A DNA stretch of 64,000 nt from Lishizhenia sp. (lineage in GTDB: Bacteria; Bacteroidota; Bacteroidia; Flavobacteriales_D; Crocinitomicaceae). A program made the position numbers and the translations under genes. The stretch is taken from NCBI GenBank assembly GCA_049609045.1, contig JBMYYC010000006.1, positions 398-64,397 of the forward strand, read 5' to 3'. This document shows positions 20,961 to 31,461 of the stretch, in pieces. The notes beneath the pieces were generated by a model. It was not told where the DNA came from, did not search any database, and saw only the letters and a list, made by a program, of their open reading frames with translations. The number at the start of each line of letters is the position of its first letter. The first letter of the stretch is position 1.

Positions 20961-21656
20961 TCATTTTTTTGTATAATTCATTAAGACTGCATTTCTATAA
21001 CTTCTTGTTATTGGTATTTTTTCTGATCCTAATAAAGCGAATTCTGTAGTTACCCGTGTAACATGGTTCAGATTTACAGCATAAGAACGATGTGTTCTCG
21101 TCAATGTAGATAAATAATCGTTCTCTAAAAATGCAATTAAAGTTTCGCGAATAACGTGACGTTTACTGTGTTTAGTATGTATAATTATGTAATTATTATT
21201 TGCTTCAACAAATAGAATTTCTTCTACCTTAATTTTAACGTATTCATAACCATCTTTTATAACTATTTCCTCGTTATTAGCAGAAGGCTTATACCTTTCA
21301 TTACTTAATGTTAATTCTATAGAAGCAATCAATTGAACCTCATTATATGGTTTTACTAAAAAACTTGCTGGTTTGGTTTTTAAAACATTTTCAAGCGTTT
21401 TAATATCGCCATAACCTGTTAAAAATATAAATGGAATACCTATAAGTAAATCTGCCAACCACAAGCCTGTTTTTTCTCCATTTACGTGAATATCTAATAA
21501 GACTACATCTGGTTTTAAGGTTTGAATTTCTTTAAAAGCTTCTTCGGCATTATCATTAAACCCTATTAACTCAAAGTTAAACTTTTTAAGCGTTTTCTTC
21601 ACTAACGCCTGTGTTATAAAATCATCTTCTAGTAAATAAACTTTCGATTTAGACAT
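20961..21656 (-). CDS. LytR/AlgR family response regulator
   Basis: REC domain (LEDD, LLDI, KP) plus LytTR (RTHRSYAVNL). Confidence 0.9.
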   Translation of the reverse strand: MSKSKVYLLEDDFITQALVKKTLKKFNFELIGFNDNAEEAFKEIQTLKPDVVLLDIHVNGEKTGLWLADLLIGIPFIFLTGYGDIKTLENVLKTKPASFLVKPYNEVQLIASIELTLSNERYKPSANNEEIVIKDGYEYVKIKVEEILFVEANNNYIIIHTKHSKRHVIRETLIAFLENDYLSTLTRTHRSYAVNLNHVTRVTTEFALLGSEKIPITRSYRNAVLMNYTKK

Positions 21657-21668
21657 TGTAAAAACTAT

Positions 21669-22523
21669 TTATTTTCTAGCTCGGATTAGATGTCCATAAA
21701 ACAAGTCGTTGCCAGACGATGTTTTTTGCCAGAGTTCTGTATTTTCAATATTATCCACTGGAAAAGAACGTCTTACTTCGTTGTAAATTTCTTTCAATTT
21801 AACCCGAGGTGAATACGTATTCATAATTAACAATCCATTTTCTTTAAGTAATGAATGAGCTAATTTAATCAATTTTGGCAATTGATCCTCAATTTTCCAT
21901 CGTTCTCCTTTGGCTCCTAATCCAAAAGCTGGCGGATCCATTATTAAACAATCGTAAGTATTTCCTCGCTTCACCTCTTTATGCGCAAACTTTACGGCAT
22001 CATCACAAATCCAGCGAATGTCTTTTAAGTGAGAATCTTCCATATTTACTCTTGCCCAAGAAATAAGTTGTTTTACAGAATCTACATGTGTTACATGTGC
22101 ACCTGTAAATTTTCCAACCACTGAAGCAACTCCTGTATAAGCAAATAAATTGAGTAAAGACTTTGAACTGTCTAATTCTGATTTTAGAAGCTCCCAATTT
22201 ACAGCTTGTTCTGGAAATAAACCTACATGCTTAAATTTAGTCAATGCCAAGTTGATCTGAATATCATGAAAATTAATTTTCCATTTACTTGGCACCTCTT
22301 GCAGTATTTTCCAAGCACCACTTTGTGTGCCCTTTGGTACAAACTCGGCATGCGCCTTTTCATACCATTCTTTCTTAGATAAATGCGCTTTAAAATAAGC
22401 TTGTCTTTCTGGTCTAATCGTTACAATATTCCCCCAACGCTCCAATTTTTGTTCTCCTCCGGCATCAATTAGATCGTAATCTTCCCAACCGGCTGCGTAT
22501 GTACGTTGTGTTTTATTGTTCAT
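21669..22523 (-). CDS. Class I SAM-dependent methyltransferase (RlmI/YwbD-like)
   Basis: GLFPEQ, LNLFAYTG, MDPPAFG. Confidence 0.88.
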   Translation of the reverse strand: MNNKTQRTYAAGWEDYDLIDAGGEQKLERWGNIVTIRPERQAYFKAHLSKKEWYEKAHAEFVPKGTQSGAWKILQEVPSKWKINFHDIQINLALTKFKHVGLFPEQAVNWELLKSELDSSKSLLNLFAYTGVASVVGKFTGAHVTHVDSVKQLISWARVNMEDSHLKDIRWICDDAVKFAHKEVKRGNTYDCLIMDPPAFGLGAKGERWKIEDQLPKLIKLAHSLLKENGLLIMNTYSPRVKLKEIYNEVRRSFPVDNIENTELWQKTSSGNDLFYGHLIRARK

Positions 22524-23100
22524 TCTTATTTGCTTTCAGTTCTTTATCTACTATTTCTAACTCTTTGTAAAACTCTTCTCCGTAAGCAGTTATTAATGGA
22601 TCTTTTAAAAACTTAAAGATAGAAACGTCTAACTTGCTTCCACAATCACAAGCTGGTTTACAAATTGGCCATTCGTGATAGTTTAAGGCTTCAAATGTCT
22701 TATACTTTTTAGCTCTAATTGGATATAAATAACAAGATATTGGCTTTCTCCAATCAATAACTCCTTCGCGATAGGCTTGATCAATAGAACATTTAGCTGT
22801 TCCGTCTTCATCAAAATTAACAAAGGCACATTCTTTTTTATTTACTAAGGTAGTTACAGGCTCATTATCATAATCCATATAAAAAACACCTGTTTCTTCT
22901 ACTGCATCAATACCTTCTTGACGCATATAAGGCTTTACTTTCTCGTAAACATCTTCTAAAATTGACACTTCTTCTTCCGTTAAAGGCGCTCCAGAATCTC
23001 CCTCCACACAACACGCTCCTTTACAAGCTGATAAATCGCAAACAAACTTTTTTTCAAATATATCTGCAGACACAACCTTATCTCCAATCTCTATAAGCAT
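22513..23100 (-). CDS. DUF3109 family Cys-rich protein
   Basis: FVCDLSACKGACCVEGDSGAPL, KPISCYLYPIR; TAACTTTG promoter-like element at 23105-23112. Confidence 0.88.
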   Translation of the reverse strand: MLIEIGDKVVSADIFEKKFVCDLSACKGACCVEGDSGAPLTEEEVSILEDVYEKVKPYMRQEGIDAVEETGVFYMDYDNEPVTTLVNKKECAFVNFDEDGTAKCSIDQAYREGVIDWRKPISCYLYPIRAKKYKTFEALNYHEWPICKPACDCGSKLDVSIFKFLKDPLITAYGEEFYKELEIVDKELKANKNEQ

Positions 23101-23215
23101 AACACAAAGTTAAACAAGTGATTAGTTTGAATCTAATAAAACTGGAAAAAGTACAGATTAATACATCTAAATTACTTTTATACTGGGTTCTAATAAAATT
23201 GAGGTGATTTTAAAG

Positions 23216-24316
23216 TTAATTCGTTTCATTTCGTTTTGTTTCGAATGCATGCAGTGCAAAACTGGCTAACCAATGTCCACCCATGTAGTCATCTCCAATC
23301 AAATTGGGGTACGAATAATTAAAGTGATTCCGAGCAATAGAATTAAGATGCAGCAACTCCGGGATATTTTGAGCCAATTCACTTAAGCACCAAGCTCTAG
23401 AAAAATTTAATCCATCTAAATGCACTAAGTGTCCATCTTTTCTATCAGAAACCTTGGCTACTTCTAACTCAAAATCACTTTTAAAAAGTTGAGGTAAAAA
23501 ACCAAGTAGCCAAGCTTTAAAATCAACCGGGCTAAGTACTTTTTTCATTAACGCAGCTTCCTCTAGGCAAGGAGATAAAAAATCTGTACCACTTGGCTCC
23601 CAACTTAATGGACAACTCACATCATTTTCATAAAAATATATTGCCCTTTCTTTAATAGCGGTTAATAATTGAGCGTTATTATTATGTTCTGCCCAATCGA
23701 AAGCAAAACTTAATCCGAATGCAGTATTTGTATGTGTTCCAACACGTAAAGCATAATTTAATTTAGGCAAAAACGCTATGTACTTCTCTACAATTAATTC
23801 TGTTAACGGTTGCAGAACTGTAGCAAGTGAATTTCCCAGAGGCGTATTCCAGTTATTTAGCTCCTGATCTAATTTCAACAACCAACTCCAACCATAGGTA
23901 CGTTCAAAATTATTATTCAATGGCGTGTTAAAATAATCGATTTCTTTTTGGATATTTTCAGGTGTGAATGTGCCTTCTAACAACCTTTCTATTTGATTTA
24001 CCTCTTGTAAATCGGGAAAATTTTTACACAAGAAAACCAAGCTCCAATACCCATGAACAGCACTGTGCCAATCAAAACATCCATAAAATATAGGGTGTAA
24101 ATCTTGTGGAGATCTTAAATCTTTATGGCTAGAGATAACTTGACTTAATTTATTTGGATATTCTTTGCTTACACAAGACAAGGGCAATTTTATTAATTGA
24201 CTAGCAGTTGAATAATCAAGAAAAATTTCTGGTTCATCCGATAGGTTTACTTCTTTCTTCTGTTTACATGCTATCATAGTAAAACAAACCAGCACAATAA
24301 GTTGAACGTTTCTCAT
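23216..24316 (-). CDS. DUF2891 family lipoprotein
   Basis: HPIFYGCFDWHSAVHGYW, FERTYGWSW, HLDGLNFSRAW, YMGGHWL; lipobox IAC after the start at 24316. Confidence 0.88.
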   Translation of the reverse strand: MRNVQLIVLVCFTMIACKQKKEVNLSDEPEIFLDYSTASQLIKLPLSCVSKEYPNKLSQVISSHKDLRSPQDLHPIFYGCFDWHSAVHGYWSLVFLCKNFPDLQEVNQIERLLEGTFTPENIQKEIDYFNTPLNNNFERTYGWSWLLKLDQELNNWNTPLGNSLATVLQPLTELIVEKYIAFLPKLNYALRVGTHTNTAFGLSFAFDWAEHNNNAQLLTAIKERAIYFYENDVSCPLSWEPSGTDFLSPCLEEAALMKKVLSPVDFKAWLLGFLPQLFKSDFELEVAKVSDRKDGHLVHLDGLNFSRAWCLSELAQNIPELLHLNSIARNHFNYSYPNLIGDDYMGGHWLASFALHAFETKRNETN

Positions 24317-24359
24317 TTGATAAAAATATAAAAATAATGAATTGCTCAAAAAAACTTAA

Positions 24360-24375
24360 AGGCATAGTTTTTGCT
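24360..24375 (+). promoter_or_regulatory. Putative sigma54 -24/-12 promoter
   Basis: AGGCATAGTTTTTGCT: GGCA-N-TTGC with exact GG-N10-GC spacing, 22 nt before ATG 24397. Confidence 0.55.
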
Positions 24376-24396
24376 ATAAATTTAAAAACTCAGACT

Positions 24397-25275
24397 ATGA
24401 AATCTTTAATACTCTTCTTCACGCTATGTTTAAGCATTTCTTCTTTTTATGCCCAACAAAAATATTTGTTTATGCGCGATGCGCTCTATCAAGATTCAAA
24501 TTATTGTGCATTTCTAATCAAACCTGGAAACAATTTAATAATTGGTCAAATCATTAACGTAGATGAAATTAATCTACAACTTGCAGATTCTTTAGGATTA
24601 GAATCATTTGTTTTCCCAGTAGGTTTAGATTCTAATAAAATAGTAGGATTTACAGTGAAAAATTTGGCTTCAGAATTTAATGACAATGAAACTATTGAGC
24701 GTTGGGGCACTTCAAGAAACAGGTTATTTATAAAGCCTAGTGCGATAAATAGAGTATCTCGCAGACAACCCAACACTTCTATAATAAGTGTAAATGAAGA
24801 TGGAAGAGTGACACGCGACACACATCCTTTCTACGAAAACCAAATCAATAATTCTAGACGTGGTTATACACGAGCAGTTAACTTTGATAAAATTGAAAAC
24901 AATCAGTTCTATTTTTCTACGCAACAAAATAAACTTTATGTATTTAATACAAGTTTGACAAAAATAATTGGATACGATTACTTGGGAAACACCTTATTCA
25001 AATCAAAAATAAACATTGAAAAACCTGCTGTATATAGCAACAAAGGCAAGTATCTACTAAACGATAAATCAACACAAACGTTCTACTTAATTATTCAAAC
25101 AAATTTTGCATACAATATCTATTTGATGCATTTAGAAAATGGAGAAACTACATTTTTAGAGAGTATAGCAGGTGTTTGGGAGAACCCAACATGGAGAATA
25201 GACAATGGATTACTTACTTATCAAAAAGAAGGTACACTACTTGAAATGAATTTAAATGAAAAAGGCGCTCAATAA
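24397..25275 (+). CDS. Hypothetical secreted protein
   Basis: Signal peptide MKSLILFFTLCLSISSFYA; no recognised motif. Confidence 0.7.
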   Translation: MKSLILFFTLCLSISSFYAQQKYLFMRDALYQDSNYCAFLIKPGNNLIIGQIINVDEINLQLADSLGLESFVFPVGLDSNKIVGFTVKNLASEFNDNETIERWGTSRNRLFIKPSAINRVSRRQPNTSIISVNEDGRVTRDTHPFYENQINNSRRGYTRAVNFDKIENNQFYFSTQQNKLYVFNTSLTKIIGYDYLGNTLFKSKINIEKPAVYSNKGKYLLNDKSTQTFYLIIQTNFAYNIYLMHLENGETTFLESIAGVWENPTWRIDNGLLTYQKEGTLLEMNLNEKGAQ

Positions 25276-25288
25276 TTGAACGCCTTTC
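25259..25288 (-). terminator. Intrinsic terminator for the VWA-ATPase operon
   Basis: Minus strand GAAAGGCGTTCAA-TTA-TTGAGCGCCTTTTTC. Confidence 0.7.
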
Positions 25289-25294
25289 ATTAGG

Positions 25295-26761
25295 TTAAAT
25301 TCCTTTCAGAAAAGAGGAATAATTATCTCTAAACTGAAAACCTTCAACGAATTTTTCTTTCGTCAACTTTTCAAATTCTACTAAAGCCCAAAGAATAAAT
25401 TCTTTCAAGAAATAAACAGCACTTTCGTCCTTAACGTTCGGTTGATACTTTGATAAAATAGCATTCAAAGGGAAAACACGGTCCAATTGACTTTTATACT
25501 TCTCATTATTCAAATCGTCGAACAATTCAAACTCACCTTCCTCAACAAACCAGTCGATAACAGGCTGAAACCATTGAGATTCTCCCGGTTTATCTAACTT
25601 CTCAATTTTAGGAAAATAATTAGCAAAAGTACTTTTTATGGCATCCCCAATTAAAAACTCTGCAACATTAGCTGCACCTTCCTGCTCACCTTCGTAAACC
25701 AACTCTACCTTTCCGGTAATCGCTGGAACAATAGAAAACAAATCGCTAAGCCTTACAGTTGTTTGCTCATCCTTATTTTTATACAGCCTTTGTTCTGCCG
25801 CAGAAACTAAATTTTGAAATGCAGAAATACTCATACGTGCAGATACGCCAGACTTTACATCTATGAAATCACTTTTTCTTGCTTCAAAACTAATTTGTTC
25901 TAAAATATCTTTTGCCAACTCTGGTACCTCTATCATAGAATAATCTGCTAATACCTTGTTAGCTTCTTGCTCTGTTATTTTCTTGGCCGTTATAATATCT
26001 TTGGGATAATGCGTTAAAATTTGTGATCCTATTCTATCTTTCAATGGAGTAACTATACTTCCTCGGTTGGTATAATCTTCTGGATTGGCAGTAAAAATGA
26101 ATTGCATATCTAGCGGTAATCGCAATTTAAAACCACGAATTTGTATATCGCCTTCTTGTAAGATATTAAATAATGCAACCTGTATTCTAGCCTGAAGATC
26201 TGGTAACTCATTAATTACAAAAATGCAACGATTTGCTCTGGGAATCATTCCAAAATGTATCACTCTATCGTCTGCATAGCTTAATTTCAAATTCGCTGCT
26301 TTAATCGGATCCACATCTCCGATAATATCTGCTACAGTTACGTCTGGCGTTGCTAATTTTTCTGCAAAACGATCTTCTCTATGCATCCAAATTATCGGAG
26401 TTTCATCTCCTTTATTAGCTATAAGTTCTTGTCCAAATCTAGAAATTGGCTGTAGTGGATCATCGTTTATTTCTGAACCTTCAATACATGGAATCCATTC
26501 GTCTAGCAACTGTATCATTAAACGAGCAAGACGTGTTTTAGCCTGACCTCTTAATCCAAGTAAATTGATATTATGTTTAGATAAAATAGCGCGTTCTAAT
26601 TCTGGAATTACCGTAGCTTCGTATCCATAAATTCCTTCAAAAACAGTTGTACCCGCTTTAATGTGCGTAATTAAATTGTTACGCAATTCATCTTTGATTG
26701 ATTTAGATTGATAGCCTGCTTTTTTTAACTCTCCTAGTGTCTTGATTTTTTGTATTTCCAT
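25295..26761 (-). CDS. Magnesium-chelatase-like AAA+ ATPase
   Basis: Walker A variant GLRGQAKT, Walker B FVINE, TANPEDYTNRG. Confidence 0.88.
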   Translation of the reverse strand: MEIQKIKTLGELKKAGYQSKSIKDELRNNLITHIKAGTTVFEGIYGYEATVIPELERAILSKHNINLLGLRGQAKTRLARLMIQLLDEWIPCIEGSEINDDPLQPISRFGQELIANKGDETPIIWMHREDRFAEKLATPDVTVADIIGDVDPIKAANLKLSYADDRVIHFGMIPRANRCIFVINELPDLQARIQVALFNILQEGDIQIRGFKLRLPLDMQFIFTANPEDYTNRGSIVTPLKDRIGSQILTHYPKDIITAKKITEQEANKVLADYSMIEVPELAKDILEQISFEARKSDFIDVKSGVSARMSISAFQNLVSAAEQRLYKNKDEQTTVRLSDLFSIVPAITGKVELVYEGEQEGAANVAEFLIGDAIKSTFANYFPKIEKLDKPGESQWFQPVIDWFVEEGEFELFDDLNNEKYKSQLDRVFPLNAILSKYQPNVKDESAVYFLKEFILWALVEFEKLTKEKFVEGFQFRDNYSSFLKGI

Positions 26762-27888
26762 TATCCTTTAATTCTTTTTTTTCTATTTGTTTCGTAATCT
26801 TCAAAAATCATTTCTCCAAGTCCTTGCAAACCTGTATAAAATGCTTTTCCTTGATTTGCTTCCGTGAAATTTTCTACGAACTCCATTAAATATTCATCTC
26901 TAGCAATCATAAATGTTGTTATCGGGATTCTAAGCTTTCTAGCTTGCGCTGCCATAGTGTAACATTTCTCGGTAACATAAGGGTCTAAACCAAAAGAGTT
27001 TTTATAGTAACTGCCATCCTTTTCTCTAATACAACTTGGTTTACCGTCTGTAATCATAAAAATTTGCTTATTAGTATTTCGTTTTCTTCTTAAAATATCC
27101 ATTGCTAAGTTTAGTCCAGCTACAGTATTCGTGTGATATGGTCCAACCTGTAAGTAAGGCAATTCTTTTATTTTAATTGGCCATGCATCGTTTCCGAAAA
27201 CAATCACATCAATAGTATCTTTGGGATATCTTGTAGTAATTAATTGCGCCAAGGCCATTGCTACCTTTTTAGCAGGAGTAATCCTGTCTTCGCCATATAG
27301 AATCATGCTGTGACTTATATCAATCATTAGCACAGTACTCATAGAAGCTTTAAAATTGGTTTCTTCTACAACAAGATCGTTCTCAGTTAACTTAAACTCA
27401 CCAACACCATTGTTCAGTTGAGCATTTCTTATACTCTCTGTCATTGATATACGATCTAAACCATCACCAAAGTTATACGCACGTAGATCTCCGGTATGTT
27501 CATCACCTCTACCAAGGTGCTTCGTTTTATGACTTCCAGACCCACTTTTTTTGAGGTTCCCAAATATTTGTTCAAGAGCAGATTGCCTAATCGCACGTTC
27601 AGTTTTTGCAGTAACAGTTAAGCCTCCATTATCTTTCGGATCTTTTTCTTTTTTGATGTATCCCTTATCTATTAATTCATTTCTAAAATCCTCTAGTGTA
27701 TAGTCTGGAGTTGTTAGTTTATACTCTGAATCTATCGTTTCCATCCATTCAAACGATTCGTCTACATCTCCACTAACGTGTACAATTACCTCTTTCCAGA
27801 TATCGAAAAGTCTATCAAAAGGTGATTGATCTTCTTTAATAAATTCTTTAAAAACAAGACCTTTTCGTGTATGCTTATTTTCGTTCAT
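26761..27888 (-). CDS. VWA domain protein (partner of the AAA+ ATPase)
   Basis: MIDAS DISHSM, YHTNT, MITDGKP; stop overlaps the ATPase start. Confidence 0.88.
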   Translation of the reverse strand: MNENKHTRKGLVFKEFIKEDQSPFDRLFDIWKEVIVHVSGDVDESFEWMETIDSEYKLTTPDYTLEDFRNELIDKGYIKKEKDPKDNGGLTVTAKTERAIRQSALEQIFGNLKKSGSGSHKTKHLGRGDEHTGDLRAYNFGDGLDRISMTESIRNAQLNNGVGEFKLTENDLVVEETNFKASMSTVLMIDISHSMILYGEDRITPAKKVAMALAQLITTRYPKDTIDVIVFGNDAWPIKIKELPYLQVGPYHTNTVAGLNLAMDILRRKRNTNKQIFMITDGKPSCIREKDGSYYKNSFGLDPYVTEKCYTMAAQARKLRIPITTFMIARDEYLMEFVENFTEANQGKAFYTGLQGLGEMIFEDYETNRKKRIKG

Positions 27889-27954
27889 AATTAAAAGTAC
27901 AGAAATAAGACAAGTGAAAATGCATTATGTTTATTACTGTTATGAACTAGACAT

Positions 27955-27988
27955 AAAAAAAACGTATTTAAAAAATAAATACGTTTTT
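27955..27988 (-). terminator. Intrinsic terminator after the OmpA-family gene
   Basis: AAAAACGTATTT...AAATACGTTTTT inverted repeat. Confidence 0.65.
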
Positions 27989-28010
27989 GATTTTAATCAA
28001 TTTTTATAAA

Positions 28011-30305
28011 CTAACGGTTAAATGAATTAGTGGATGAATTATTCACTTTAAGATCCTCCGCTCCAGTTTTTATAACTTTAAACTCAGTTCTTCTATTTTT
28101 TTCGTGTTCATCTTCTGAACAAGTTGAGCGTACACTGCCCTCGCATTCACATCCATTTAAAATTCTTGATTCTCCATATCCTTTTCCATAAATACGTTCT
28201 GGTTTTTCGATTTTAGTAGAAATATAAGCCGCAGAAGCTTTCGCTCTTTTATCAGACAACCTTTCATTGTATCTTTCTGAACCTCTGCAATCAGTATGAG
28301 CACCAAGCTCAACAACCATTTCTGGATATTGATTCATTACATCGACTATTTTATCTAACTCTCTGGCTGCATCCGATCTAATTCTATATTTATTCAAATC
28401 GAAATTAATTGGATTAATAGTAATCATCTGCGCCAGATCTTTTACTGTTTCATCCATAGCGAGACCACCAAAAAGTGATTCGTTTACATTAATAATTCCT
28501 GGTTTATTAATTTCGTGATTAAACGTTACCATTTTAGGAAAATATCCTTCTTTTTTTAATGAGATATTGTAAGAAATTCTATCTCCAATACGCTTATCGC
28601 TAATTCCTTTTAGAAAATCTCCTTTTTCTCCTGTTGTGGTTACCAGAAAATTATCTCCTGTAATATTGTCTGTAATTGTAATATCTACACTATCTAAAGG
28701 TATCGAAGTCTTTGCATTTTTAATCAAAGCATAAAGAGCAATTCCCGGATCTTTTTCCAAACCAATATTTCTTTCCACAAACTCAGTTCCTTCGGGTAGT
28801 TCTATAGTAGAAACTTGTCCCATATTATCAAAATAATCTACTTTTTCAGCTTCAACCGTATATTCTTTATCTGGCTCTAAATCAAAACTATAAGATCCTT
28901 TTTCATTTGAAGTAACAGTAGAAATAATATCACCATTCTTATCTTTAAGATTCACCTTAGCACCAGGGATAATTAATTCGGTTCCTTTTTCAGTTATTAA
29001 ACCTTTTAAAGTTAAATCTACTACAAATGGCTGTATAAGTTCAATTGTATAAATATCATCACCTCCTTTACCTGACTCACGATTAGAAGAAAAATAACCT
29101 CTATTATTTTTGTTATCTAATGTTAAGGCAAAATCGTCTTTGGAAGAATTAACAGGCTCTCCTACATTAATTATTTTCTGTACCGAATAGTCTTTCTTCA
29201 AGATTGCAGCAAAAACATCAAGACCACCCAAACCTAGATGTCCGTCTGAAGAGAAGAATAACTGTCCATCTTCTGTAAACCATGGAAACATCTCTTGACC
29301 TTCAGTATTAATTTGTTCTCCTAAATTTTGAGGTCTACCGAAAGTCCCATCATCATTTATAGCAACTCTCCAAATATCTACACCACCAAAACCGCCAGGC
29401 ATATTTGAGGCAAAGTACAACCATTTCTCATCTGGAGATATAGTTGGGTGTCCGGTAGAGTAATTATTAGAATTAAAAGAAAGTTCTTCCTCATTTGCCC
29501 AGTTATCATTCGCATTCCTTTCTGCTCGGTATAATTTTAAGTTTTGAATACCGTCTTCACCTGTTCTATTTTTACCTCTTGAGATGTTGTTGCGAGTAAA
29601 ATAAATTTTGTCACCAGATTTTGATAGACATATTGGTCCTTCATGGTAACGTGTATTTGTTTTTCTTGATTGATATTTTACGTTATCCAATTGATTGTTT
29701 TCATTAATTACATTGGCATAATAAAGATCTAAAAAACGATTCCCATTGAAGGTATGAGAATATCTTACTAATAGCGGAGCCCTTCTGTTTGATACAAAAA
29801 AGGTTTGTTCTCCAATTTGATAACCTCCAAATTCGTCATGTTTTGTATTAATTGTTAAGGGTTCAGCTTTGAAGTAGGCTTTTTGATTTTTAATTTTCTG
29901 TATGAAATCAGGATTATTAGCAAACTCTATGGCTCTTGAATCCATTTTACTTTCAAGTTCAAATCGCTCCATCCATCTATTACTTTCTTCGTAATTACCA
30001 TTTTCTCTCAAAGATGATGCATATTTATAAAAATGTTCTGGTGTTGCCGTAGATGTATTTACAATAGCAGAATAGTATTCAACAGCCTTTATGGTGTTCC
30101 CCATTTCATAATAACAGTCAGCTAACTTAGCTTTTAGCATAGGACTATCCACTTCAGAGCCTAGTAAATCTACATACAACTCGGCGGCCTCAGCATATGC
30201 AATTTTATTGTAAAAGTTATCTGCTTTTTTCAACTTCCCACTTTGTGCAGAAACTACTAAAGTTGAACTTAAAATAACTAACAATGTCAAAATTTGTACT
30301 TTCAT
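28011..30305 (-). CDS. OmpA-family peptidoglycan-binding protein with TPR, PD40 beta-propeller and carboxypeptidase-regulatory-like domains (PorE-like)
   Basis: PD40 repeats (YFASNMPGGFGGVDI, FSSDGHLGLGGLD), OmpA motifs HTDCRG...LSDKRA...NRRTEF; directly downstream of porP. Confidence 0.9.
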   Translation of the reverse strand: MKVQILTLLVILSSTLVVSAQSGKLKKADNFYNKIAYAEAAELYVDLLGSEVDSPMLKAKLADCYYEMGNTIKAVEYYSAIVNTSTATPEHFYKYASSLRENGNYEESNRWMERFELESKMDSRAIEFANNPDFIQKIKNQKAYFKAEPLTINTKHDEFGGYQIGEQTFFVSNRRAPLLVRYSHTFNGNRFLDLYYANVINENNQLDNVKYQSRKTNTRYHEGPICLSKSGDKIYFTRNNISRGKNRTGEDGIQNLKLYRAERNANDNWANEEELSFNSNNYSTGHPTISPDEKWLYFASNMPGGFGGVDIWRVAINDDGTFGRPQNLGEQINTEGQEMFPWFTEDGQLFFSSDGHLGLGGLDVFAAILKKDYSVQKIINVGEPVNSSKDDFALTLDNKNNRGYFSSNRESGKGGDDIYTIELIQPFVVDLTLKGLITEKGTELIIPGAKVNLKDKNGDIISTVTSNEKGSYSFDLEPDKEYTVEAEKVDYFDNMGQVSTIELPEGTEFVERNIGLEKDPGIALYALIKNAKTSIPLDSVDITITDNITGDNFLVTTTGEKGDFLKGISDKRIGDRISYNISLKKEGYFPKMVTFNHEINKPGIINVNESLFGGLAMDETVKDLAQMITINPINFDLNKYRIRSDAARELDKIVDVMNQYPEMVVELGAHTDCRGSERYNERLSDKRAKASAAYISTKIEKPERIYGKGYGESRILNGCECEGSVRSTCSEDEHEKNRRTEFKVIKTGAEDLKVNNSSTNSFNR

Positions 30306-30352
30306 AATCTATATAATTCTTATTACATGCAATCTAACAATAGTTTACTCTT

Positions 30353-31285
30353 TTAAAAGTATCTTGGAGATCGTATTCCTTTTTTCTTAAATGTAAAATC
30401 ATAGCTCATTAGAGCTTCGTATGTTCCTTTATTAAAACCAGCTAACTCGGTTATACTTTTATCGTAAGCTAATCCTATTTTGAATTGTGGTGTGAGTTGA
30501 TACTGCACAAAAGCACCAAATGAATCCGAAACACGGTGCATTACTCCCAACCAAATACACTCTGAATAAATGAATGCTGCACTGATATCAATACTCAACG
30601 GTGAACCAGGTATATACTTTAAGTTACTCGTAGGACGTAGCTTCCAATCTGAAGACAAGTTGAAAACTCCTCCTAATATCAAAAAGTAATGTCGGCGCTC
30701 ATCTAAAACAATATTATCTACAAGGTTCGATTTCGAATTGTACTCCATCAATTTAGGTGCACTTAATCCTAAGAAAAACTTTGGACTATGATAGTAAATC
30801 CCAAAACCAAAATTAGGTGTTATTGCATTCGTTGCATTCGTCATTAAACTCGGATCTTGCTGATCTGTTGTTAATAATTCATTCGTACGAGAATTCAACA
30901 AATTCATCCCAGCCTTCAATCCAAACGCTAGTTTTCCTGGTGAATTTTTAAAATTCAAGGTATAACTAAAATCGCCATAAACTAAATTCTGGGTTAGTGG
31001 ACCTACAACATCGTTTACGTAAGTAACACCCAAACCGATATTCTCATTAACTACAGGAGAATGAACTCCCAAAGTCGTAGACTCAGGATGACCATCAAAA
31101 CCAACCCACTGCTGGCGATGAATACCCGTGATATTCAAAAGACCTCGACTACCAGCATAAGCAGGATTAACAAATAAGGTATTGTCAAAATACTGCGTGA
31201 ACTGAGCATCCTGTTGACCAGATACTTGAAAGCCCAGTAAGCTAAAAACCATAATTGCGATATAGTATATTACTCTCATTATCAT
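30353..31285 (-). CDS. T9SS membrane protein, PorP/SprF family
   Basis: QQDAQFTQY, NPAYAGS, RQQWVG, terminal SPRYF. Confidence 0.93.
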   Translation of the reverse strand: MIMRVIYYIAIMVFSLLGFQVSGQQDAQFTQYFDNTLFVNPAYAGSRGLLNITGIHRQQWVGFDGHPESTTLGVHSPVVNENIGLGVTYVNDVVGPLTQNLVYGDFSYTLNFKNSPGKLAFGLKAGMNLLNSRTNELLTTDQQDPSLMTNATNAITPNFGFGIYYHSPKFFLGLSAPKLMEYNSKSNLVDNIVLDERRHYFLILGGVFNLSSDWKLRPTSNLKYIPGSPLSIDISAAFIYSECIWLGVMHRVSDSFGAFVQYQLTPQFKIGLAYDKSITELAGFNKGTYEALMSYDFTFKKKGIRSPRYF

Positions 31286-31413
31286 ACAATTTTTTGCAAA
31301 GTTAACGAAAGATTTCGTTAGAAAACAAATTAAGCGTTAAAAAAAGTGCTTCTATCTATATTTTATATCATTTTATCGAAAAAATTGTGATTCTTTAAGA
31401 AAACTATAAAAGC

Positions 31414-31439
31414 AAAAAAGCCATCACAAAGTGATGGCT
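31414..31439 (-). terminator. atp operon terminator
   Basis: AGCCATCAC-TTT-GTGATGGCT followed by a U-tract on the minus strand. Confidence 0.85.
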
Positions 31440-31461
31440 CATTACATAATATAATTGAAAA

